Source: Deltaproteobacteria bacterium TL4
Lineage (GTDB): Bacteria > SAR324 > NAC60-12
Direction of reading: 5' to 3'
Assembly (NCBI GenBank): GCA_051382335.1
Contig: JBBCAX010000144.1
Location: forward strand, 1 to 63,833
Length of the DNA: 63,833 bases
The position numbers and the translations under genes were made by a program. Shown here piece after piece: positions 38,301 to 44,865 of the stretch. Numbering within the stretch: the first letter of the stretch is position 1; each line of letters starts with the position of its first letter. Under the pieces are notes generated by a model, which saw nothing but the letters and a program-made list of their open reading frames with translations, ran no database searches and was not told the origin of the DNA.

Positions 38301-40112
38301 CGCCGTGACATTGTTGGCCGGAGAGGTCTGAGAAACGATGGGCGCCATGATATCGGGTTCCACTGCGGTGGTGAAGGACCAACTGGTGTCCTGTAACAGA
38401 ACATTGCCGGCGACATCTTTGGCACCGGTAGTGATGGTGGCGGTGTAACTGGTACTGAACGCCAGCGGACTCAACGGCGTCAACGTTGCCGTAAAGTCGC
38501 TATAGCTGAACGTTCCACTTATGGCCGTGGTGTCTTGCCTCAAGGTAAAGGTCGCGGTGGAAAGGGTTCCGATCTCCATCGCTTCACTAAAGGTGGCCGA
38601 GATTGCCCCATTAATGGAAATCGCTGTGGCATTGTTGGCCGGAGACGTCTGAGAGACCGTGGGCGCGGTGATATCGGGGGCATCTCCGGTGGTGAAGGAC
38701 CAACTGTAGTTTTCGGCCAGGGCATTGCCGGCAGCATCTTGGGCTCCGGTGGTAAGGGTAGCAGTGTAGCTGGTACTGAACGCCAGCGGACTCAACGGTG
38801 TAAACGTGGCTGTGGTGCCAATGATGGTAACCGTTCCACTTACGGCTGTGGTCCCTTGCTTCAAGATAAAGGTTGAGGGTGAAACCGTTTCGGTAGCCAT
38901 TGGTTCAGTGAACGTGACGGTGATCGCCTGATTGATTGAAATGGCTGTGGCATTGTTAGTTGGAGAAGTTTGAGAAACGGTGGGCATTGTGGTATCAATG
39001 GGTGCAGCAGGTTGGTTAACCGCATTGGCATTCAAGGTGACCGCTGTTTGTGACAACGCCTTGCCGTTCAATACCGCTCCTGTGGCCATCGAAATCAATG
39101 TTTTACTTAAAATAATTCCCTTAAAGTCAGCTGTAGTCCCCAAAGGTACTTGGCCAGCGACTTGCCAGAAAACATTTTGGGACAAAGCGCCGCCGCTTAG
39201 CGTAATCGTGACACCGCTACTCACGGTGAGATCTTGAGCAATCTGGAAAATCCAGACATCGTGTGCCCCACCTGCCAGAGTGACATCAGAGGTTATCAAC
39301 ACTCCGGTCCCCCATTTGTAGAGGCCGGGCACCAGAGTCATTCCGCTGATATTACCCGCTCCATGTTCGGTAAAATCAGGCAATACCCGTCCTTTGGCAT
39401 CCAAGTACGCAGTTTCCATATCGCTAATGGCGGTGATCATTTTGGCGGGCGTAGGATTTGCCATATCCGCCGCATACATCTTACCAGTGACGATCCCTGC
39501 TGTCGAAAATTGATTGGAAGCATCACGGGTCTGGGAAAATCCGGTCATGGCTGTTTCAGCAATAGGACTGACCCCCACATCGCCTACAATGGCCGTGGTT
39601 CCCGTGGTGGTGATTCCCGTTTTTGACAGAATCACAAAATCACCCGAGGTGCCCAGGTTTACCGGTTCCGGTCCTGAGGCTATCGTTATTCCGGTGGTGA
39701 ACGTCCAGACATATTTGTCGCCAGCGCTATTGGTAATGGTGGCCGTGTAGAGGCTGTTGGCTGCCAGATCACTGTTTGGATTAAAGACCCCGATGGAACC
39801 TTGAGAACTCAAAGTACCGACCACTGGTGTTAAGTCAGGCCCGGTCAACGTTGCTGTTTCTGTAGTGAAAGCCTCAGGGACCAACTCTTTGCTAAAATTA
39901 ACGGTGATGTCTCTGTTGAGCGATACGTCAATCGCGTCAGAAATCGGTATTGTGGAAATGACGGTTGGGTCGACAGACTGTTTTTTCGAGGAACTGCTGG
40001 ATCCACTACTATTGTCACATCCAGCAGTAAAAGCCATCAACAGGAGGACAGCCATCCACGAAGCTGTAGTCTTTCCCAAGATTGGATAAAAATGTTTATA
40101 GACTTTTTTCAT
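35382..40112 (-). CDS. Surface lipoprotein with three DUF3494 ice-binding-like domains and eight Big_5 Ig-like domains
   Basis: Lipobox FTAGC; 3x VNLxTxGxFVIL...LVPGLYKW...N(I/V)FWQVAG; 8 Ig units of the type PTVSQTxP...WSFTTG. Confidence 0.92.
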   Translation of the reverse strand: MKKVYKHFYPILGKTTASWMAVLLLMAFTAGCDNSSGSSSSSKKQSVDPTVISTIPISDAIDVSLNRDITVNFSKELVPEAFTTETATLTGPDLTPVVGTLSSQGSIGVFNPNSDLAANSLYTATITNSAGDKYVWTFTTGITIASGPEPVNLGTSGDFVILSKTGITTTGTTAIVGDVGVSPIAETAMTGFSQTRDASNQFSTAGIVTGKMYAADMANPTPAKMITAISDMETAYLDAKGRVLPDFTEHGAGNISGMTLVPGLYKWGTGVLITSDVTLAGGAHDVWIFQIAQDLTVSSGVTITLSGGALSQNVFWQVAGQVPLGTTADFKGIILSKTLISMATGAVLNGKALSQTAVTLNANAVNQPAAPIDTTMPTVSQTSPTNNATAISINQAITVTFTEPMATETVSPSTFILKQGTTAVSGTVTIIGTTATFTPLSPLAFSTSYTATLTTGAQDAAGNALAENYSWSFTTGDAPDITAPTVSQTSPANNATAISINGAISATFSEAMEIGTLSTATFTLRQDTTAISGTFSYSDFTATLTPLSPLAFSTSYTATITTGAKDVAGNVLLQDTSWSFTTAVEPDIMAPIVSQTSPANNVTAVLVNGVISATFNETMDSGTLDTASFTLRQGTTAISGTISTSSAKATFTPLSNLAFSTIYTASITTDAKDAAGNALANAFVWNFETVADVALGQAAVNLGTAGNFVILAKTGISTTGTTAIVGDIGVSPAAETFITGFSQTHDSLNQFATAAIVTGKIYASDMANPTPANMTTAISDMQIAYADAAGRTLPDFAEHGSGNISGMTLVPGLYKWGTGVLITSDVTISGGTNAVWIFQIAQNLTVESGVKMTLSGGALPKNIFWQVAGQVILGTTADFKGILLSQTQIAMGTGTVLNGRALTQTAVTLDANAVIQPSGSFFDTTAPTVSQTSPANNATAVSVNGAISAIFNETMATGTLSTSTFSLKQGTTSVSGTVSTIGTTATFTPSSALEFSTSYTVTITTGAKDVVGNVLAQDYSWSFTTGVAPDTTAPTVSQTSPANTATEVSVNGAISATFNETMATGTLSTSTFTLMQGTTAVSGTVNTIDTITTFTPSSVLAFNTDYTVTITTGAKDIAGNALAQDTSWSFTTGAEPDTTAPTVSQTFPNHNATEVPINEAITATFNETMETETLSTATVTLKQGFTVVSGTVSTIGITTTFKPLSPLIASTAYTVTITTGVKDVAGNAMAQNYSWSFTTGTASDTITPTVSQTYPVDTDTGISTNRKISATFNETMDPGTLLTSTFTLKQDTTAVSGTVTYIGTTATFTPLSNLEFSKLYTATLTTGAKDLTGNALANDFVWTFTTGTELALGPLPVNLRTAGSFVILSKAGVSTTGTTAIVGNVGVSPAAETYLTGFSQARDASNQFSIAGIVTGKLYAANMAVPTPANMTTAISDMETAYIDAAGRSLPDFTELGAGDISGLTLVPGLYKWGTGMLIATDVELSGGVNDVWIFQIAQDLTVNNGVKVTLSGGALPKNIFWQVAGKVSLGTTADFKGVLLSKTKIVMETGAVINGRALAQTAVTLDANAVTQPVN

Positions 40113-40141
40113 TAAATTTCTCTGATTAATTGTTCGATGAA

Positions 40142-40270
40142 TGAAACTTCAGCTTCATTCTAAGGAAGCAGAGCTTCCGTGTCGTTGAGTTCCCAAGCTG
40201 GAGCTTGGGAACTAGAAATAAAAGGCTAAAACCTTATAACTAACGGCTAATACCTATTTTGCGACAGCGA
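40142..40270. repeat. 129-bp direct repeat of 35253-35381 (3' flank of both DUF3494 genes)
   Basis: Manual ungapped alignment gives about 10 mismatches in 129 nt. Confidence 0.9.
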
Positions 40271-40609
40271 CTAGTTGGCTGGTTGAGTCACTGCGTTAGC
40301 CTCTAAAGTAATCGCTGTTTGCGCCAAAGTCCTGCCGTTCATCACGGCTCCTGTATTCAACACAATCTGCGTTTGACACAACATGATTCCCTTGAAATCA
40401 GCCGTGGTGCCTAGACTGACCTGCCCTGCGACTTGCCAGAAAATGTTTTTGGACAATGCGCCGCCGCTCAGCGTGACGATCACTCCGTTGCTCACGGTCA
40501 GATCCTGAGCAATCTGCATAATCCAAATATCGTTCGCTCCACCCGTGAGCGTGACATTCGACGCGATCAATACCCCTGTACCCCATTTATAGAGGCCGGG
40601 AACGAGCGT
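40271..40609 (-). pseudogene. 3' fragment of a second DUF3494 gene
   Basis: TLVPGLYKWGTGVLIASNVTL...NIFWQVAG...NAVTQPAN*; homology ends abruptly near 40610 at a transposase fragment. Confidence 0.85.
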
Positions 40610-40611
40610 CC

Positions 40612-40962
40612 ATCACGGGGAGCTTGCACAACTTTTATCCGGTAGAGGGAGAAATCGGACGCTTCCGTTTTGAGACGTGGAGCCGAGTGAATGCCGAGGG
40701 GGAGGAAATTTATAAGGGAAAGGAACTGTTTGAGCCTCTGCGGGGAGAGGAAAAGTATCGTACCCAAGGCTTCCGGGAAGTGGCGCTGATCTATGGAAGT
40801 TGTGAGGATTCCTATCGCGAAACAACCGCCTTGATCAATCGGATACGCTATCAACTTGAAGATGGAACTCCGGAGCGAACACTTCGGGATAATACGGAAA
40901 ATGAGGGGCGACACCTTCAGGCCTACCTGAAGGAAAAAAACCATACGCTTTTAGAGCAATAA
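40612..40962 (+). pseudogene. N-terminal-region transposase remnant (ISKra4/ISLre2/UPF0236-like)
   Basis: VEGEIGRFRF...SYRETTALINRIRYQ...GTPERTL resembles the N-terminal part of this family (recalled, not searched); no DDE core follows. Confidence 0.5.
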
Positions 40963-41098
40963 AACGTGAAACCTGGCTTCCTGGATTTAATCTTCCTTGT
41001 CATCTCCCCCACGTTTGTGTCATAAAATGAAAGTAAGATTACGCTAACCTGGATACTCCGAATTTCTGAGTCCCTAACTTCCAAAACAAAGGGTCCCT

Positions 41099-41725
41099 AT
41101 GCAAATTTTTGATGAAATTGCTCAACGTGCGTGGCTTGATGAATCCTTCAAAAAAACCTTGATGGAACAACCTAAAGCCGTGTTAGAAACATTCGGTTTT
41201 GAACCCAATCAGGATACCCTCATTGAAGTCCATGATGATAGTTTGAACCAACAACATTTTGTATTACTTGAAAAGGATCAAATAGATTTAATGGGTCCAT
41301 TTGGTGAAACGCTCTATGTTCAAGCCTCCAGGCGAGCCCATGAGGATGCTGAATTTAAATCACGTCTTTTGAAGCATCCTCACTCTGCTCTTCAGGAAAT
41401 CACGAACACCCCTCTTCCGGATAACCTCAGAGTTTTTGAAAATACGCCAAACCATATCCATATTGTGCTTCCGGCCAATCCTCATGACAGAGGAGAGCTC
41501 AGTGATATCGATCTCATTTCGGTTATTGGGGGAAAAGGCCTGTCCTTGGGAATGAGTTGTACTGTTTTTGGGTATATGTTTAATAAAACTGGGACCAAAT
41601 TTGACAGTGCGACCGACATCTTTGGTGATGAATCCAAATTTGGAGGGTTTCTCGCAGGGTTAGGACCGATGTTGACAGGAGCCGGCACCATGACACGAAG
41701 AGCCTCAACCGTTTTTTCCAAGTAA
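41099..41725 (+). CDS. NHLP-leader RiPP precursor with two tandem leader domains
   Basis: RAWLDESFKKTLMEQPKAVL and RAHEDAEFKSRLLKHPHSAL; ENTPNHIHIVLP; GELSDIDLISVIGG double-glycine site. Confidence 0.8.
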   Translation: MQIFDEIAQRAWLDESFKKTLMEQPKAVLETFGFEPNQDTLIEVHDDSLNQQHFVLLEKDQIDLMGPFGETLYVQASRRAHEDAEFKSRLLKHPHSALQEITNTPLPDNLRVFENTPNHIHIVLPANPHDRGELSDIDLISVIGGKGLSLGMSCTVFGYMFNKTGTKFDSATDIFGDESKFGGFLAGLGPMLTGAGTMTRRASTVFSK

Positions 41726-41780
41726 TTCGAAGGCGCTGTTAGAGGTTTCTGAAAATATTAGTTAAGAGACCTCGCTCCCA

Positions 41781-43598
41781 TTATTTTTCGTGTATCGAAA
41801 TGGAGCCATCCCATTCGAAACTGGGAGGATTGAGCATGTACTGTTGACACCGTGCGAGGTGCAGGGCTGAGACCGTATCCTCAGGGTAAATTTTTAAGCA
41901 TTTTTCAAACAAGCGAAGGGCTTGATCCCAGTTTCTCATATGAAAATGCATGAGTCCTTCATAATAAGGCTGGGCCAGCATTTCTTTTTTTGCAAGGATC
42001 GGCTCTGGGTCACTGTCATAGACTTCAAAGATGCTCACAGGTTTATCTTTGCCTCTGATCCTGACAAAGTTCAGTTCTCGGCAATGAAACTTATCATCCT
42101 CTAACAAACGGTAGGTATCTGAGGTGATCACAATACGCACACCATAATGTTTGGTTAAGCCTTCTAAACGTGAGGCCAGGTTGACGGTTTCTCCCACAAC
42201 GGTATATTCCATACGCTGATCCGAACCGATATTCCCCGCCAATACTTCTCCTGTGTGAAGACAGGTTCCGACAGTGAGGGGTTCCAGACCACTTTCACTA
42301 CGTTTCGCATTAAAAAGCTCCAGACTTTTATGGATATCAATCGCGGCTTTCACCGCGTTATTGGCATGAAACTTGTCGGGTAGAGGGACACCAAAGGTGG
42401 CCATGACCTCATCGCCAATGAACTTATCCACTTTCCCGTTATATTTATCCAGGGATTGAATCAATAACTTAAAATAGTTGTTCAAAAACGCTACCAGGGT
42501 TTTGGGGTCATATTTTTCAGATAAGGCTGTGAAGCGTCTCATATCGCAAAAAAGGAGGGTCGCATTGCGATATTCTCCGTTTAGCGCAAGGTTGTTTTTT
42601 AACAAGTGATCACGAACTTTGGGATCAACCGTTCGCCCAAAGGTTAATTTGATAAATTCTTTTTCCCGCAAACTTAAAATCATTTCATTAATGCCATCCC
42701 CAAGTCGTCCCGTTTCATCGTTGGAAACCACATTGACTTGAAAATCGAGTTTTCCATGACGGATGGAAGTCATCGCCTGTTCCATCTCACGCAGAGGTTC
42801 CGAGTAAGAGTAGGCCAGGAGTTTGGTTAACAGCATTCCCACCAGCATCACTATCATAAAAATTCCGAACTGGATTTTAAAAACGAACATTAAGGAAGAA
42901 GATTCGCCTGAAAACAAATAGGGGTAAACATGACTCAAGGTGGTGCTCAGCATGATCACCATGGGGACAAAAGCTGTTGCCACGAAGAAAATCATAAATC
43001 GCAGGTGGATGCTGGAAGTGAGGGCTTTCTTGGTCTTAAAAAGTTGCCCATTCGGAAAATAATAGGGAATAAAATATTTGCGCTGAACCCGTTCCAACAA
43101 GAAATAAGCCACCAGAATGACAATCAATCCGCTTAATGTCGGATTGATGCATAAATTGATCACCACAGACGGAGTGAGTTCATGAACAAAATACAGGGCA
43201 TAGAGCGGGTTGAGGATCGCAGGACAAAGCCATCCCGCAAAACCGACCAGACTCATCACCGCGGGGAAGTTGATCACACGACGTCTGAGCGTTTCGCCAA
43301 CAACAGGTTTGGAATCAGATAATAATCGAAAAACCCAATGATGTTGATGATCGTTTTGTTTCAAAACATCCAACAAGATGGGGCGAAAATAGAGAAGTAC
43401 AGGGATCGGAACAATGAGGAATAAAAGGAGCACCGATTTAAACATGAACAGGGGGTATTCAGGCCATCTCCCCGCGGCATTGACCATCACAATGTTAAAA
43501 ATAAAAATCGCCAGGGTTCCTATGCCATGAACCAATAAAGCATAGAAAAAAATTCGAAAGACATGCCACAACGTCAATGAAGAGGGTTTGTTGAACAT
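41781..43598 (-). CDS. Membrane HAMP-domain class III adenylate cyclase with TPR tail
   Basis: About 6 TM segments, HAMP (SNDETGRL), FCDMRRFT, VDKFIGDE, GETVNLASRLEG; ATG 43598 lies 1 nt after the msrB stop. Confidence 0.9.
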   Translation of the reverse strand: MFNKPSSLTLWHVFRIFFYALLVHGIGTLAIFIFNIVMVNAAGRWPEYPLFMFKSVLLLFLIVPIPVLLYFRPILLDVLKQNDHQHHWVFRLLSDSKPVVGETLRRRVINFPAVMSLVGFAGWLCPAILNPLYALYFVHELTPSVVINLCINPTLSGLIVILVAYFLLERVQRKYFIPYYFPNGQLFKTKKALTSSIHLRFMIFFVATAFVPMVIMLSTTLSHVYPYLFSGESSSLMFVFKIQFGIFMIVMLVGMLLTKLLAYSYSEPLREMEQAMTSIRHGKLDFQVNVVSNDETGRLGDGINEMILSLREKEFIKLTFGRTVDPKVRDHLLKNNLALNGEYRNATLLFCDMRRFTALSEKYDPKTLVAFLNNYFKLLIQSLDKYNGKVDKFIGDEVMATFGVPLPDKFHANNAVKAAIDIHKSLELFNAKRSESGLEPLTVGTCLHTGEVLAGNIGSDQRMEYTVVGETVNLASRLEGLTKHYGVRIVITSDTYRLLEDDKFHCRELNFVRIRGKDKPVSIFEVYDSDPEPILAKKEMLAQPYYEGLMHFHMRNWDQALRLFEKCLKIYPEDTVSALHLARCQQYMLNPPSFEWDGSISIHEK

Positions 43599-43599
43599 A

Positions 43600-44001
43600 T
43601 TAATCTTTAGCCTCAAGGAGTTTTAACGCAACGGAATTCATGCAATACCGTTGATTTGAAGGTTCCGGTCCATCGTCAAAAACATGTCCCAAATGGGCAC
43701 CGCACTGAGGACACAAGACTTCAATCCGTTTCATGAATAAATGGTAATCTTTTTCAAAAATGACACTGTCCGGAGAAATCGGTTCCCAGAAACTGGGCCA
43801 ACCTGTTCCGGAATCATACTTCGCCGTAGAACGAAACAACGGATGATTACAACAGACACAATGATAGACTCCCGCGTCTTTGCAGGAAGCATAGATTCCA
43901 GAAAACGGAGGTTCCGTTCCCTTTTCACGGCAGACCCGGTATTGCTCCGGAGTTAACTGTTGTTTCCACTCTCGTGCGGTCTTATTAATAGAAAAAACCA
44001 T
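43600..44001 (-). CDS. msrB: Peptide methionine-R-sulfoxide reductase
   Basis: GTEPPF, KYDSGTGWPSF, HLGHVFDDGP, RYCMNS, two CxxC motifs. Confidence 0.96.
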   Translation of the reverse strand: MVFSINKTAREWKQQLTPEQYRVCREKGTEPPFSGIYASCKDAGVYHCVCCNHPLFRSTAKYDSGTGWPSFWEPISPDSVIFEKDYHLFMKRIEVLCPQCGAHLGHVFDDGPEPSNQRYCMNSVALKLLEAKD

Positions 44002-44136
44002 AGCTTCCTGTTTATCTAACAAAATCAAATTCATTTGCCAATGGACGAAGTGATAAAAATAAACTTATGGACACATCATCCCCTGATTGTCACGCTGATT
44101 TTCATCTTCTAGTGCGTGAATAAGTTTTTCAGTTTT

Positions 44137-44277
44137 TCAATCAACGCTTTCAAAACCAATTTCGAGGATATTCCCCTCAACCTGTTTCAGGAGTTGTTGA
44201 CGCGCTTTTGCCATCTTGCCATTAGACATCGCTTGCTCCATCAAACGGGGAAAAATCCAATTCGTATATATTCCCAT
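44137..44277 (-). pseudogene. 5' stub of a class I SAM-dependent methyltransferase
   Basis: GAGGTG RBS, then MGIYTNWIFPRLMEQAM...RQQLLKQVEGNILEIGF-ESVD*; broken inside motif I (expected LEIGFGTG). Confidence 0.7.
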
Positions 44278-44450
44278 GATCACCTCTTTGACTTTAGTGT
44301 AAGATTAATGTAGAAACTCCTAATAAGAACTTTCATCTTCTAGCTGCTTTTTTTCAGATTGACAAGCGCTATAGAAAAGGGGATTTAGTTTTTATATCAC
44401 TATGAGCGGTCTTTATTATTTTAGAGGGAACAGCCATTTAGAGAGATTTT

Positions 44451-44861
44451 ATGGATCCGGGGCATTTTTATATTACATTACTCGCAGAACAGCCAACGAT
44501 TGGACAACTTTTGCCGCTGATAGAAGAATACTACCGAGTGGTCGCTTTTTCTGATCGGGATTCTGGCTTGCGTCATCTTGACAACAACCCGTGCAACCTT
44601 TTGATCATTGAAGTCAACAATAAGAAGTTTCAGGGCTTTGAACTTAAAAAAGAAGCTCGTAAAATCGCGTCATCCGCCAATTTGATTTTTATAAGTCCAG
44701 AGCGCTCAATGAGTACGGTCATCAGCAGTCAGAGACACGGCGCGGATTATCTGTTCTTTTTGCCTGTAGAGCCGGAACCTTTCAAAAAAGCCTTAAGTAT
44801 TCTTTATCAGCGAAGGAATTATTGGTTGGATCTTTTGCGAAGTGTGAGTGAAGAAAAATAA
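44451..44861 (+). CDS. Stand-alone atypical receiver-domain protein
   Basis: CheY-like spacing (NLLIIE, GFEL, IFIS, GADYLFFLP) with Asp replaced by Glu and no conserved Lys. Confidence 0.65.
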   Translation: MDPGHFYITLLAEQPTIGQLLPLIEEYYRVVAFSDRDSGLRHLDNNPCNLLIIEVNNKKFQGFELKKEARKIASSANLIFISPERSMSTVISSQRHGADYLFFLPVEPEPFKKALSILYQRRNYWLDLLRSVSEEK

Positions 44862-44865
44862 GAAA

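Noticed and set aside
35386..40089. Many antisense and alternate-frame ORFs in the DUF3494 gene
   Set aside because: Expected from repetitive Thr/Ala/Gly-rich codons; no independent RBS or motifs.
35382..40609. DUF3494 duplicate as a DGR template/variable repeat pair
   Set aside because: Differences are largely synonymous and not adenine-specific; no reverse transcriptase in the window.
44116..44313. 65-aa plus-strand ORF
   Set aside because: Antisense of the methyltransferase stub.
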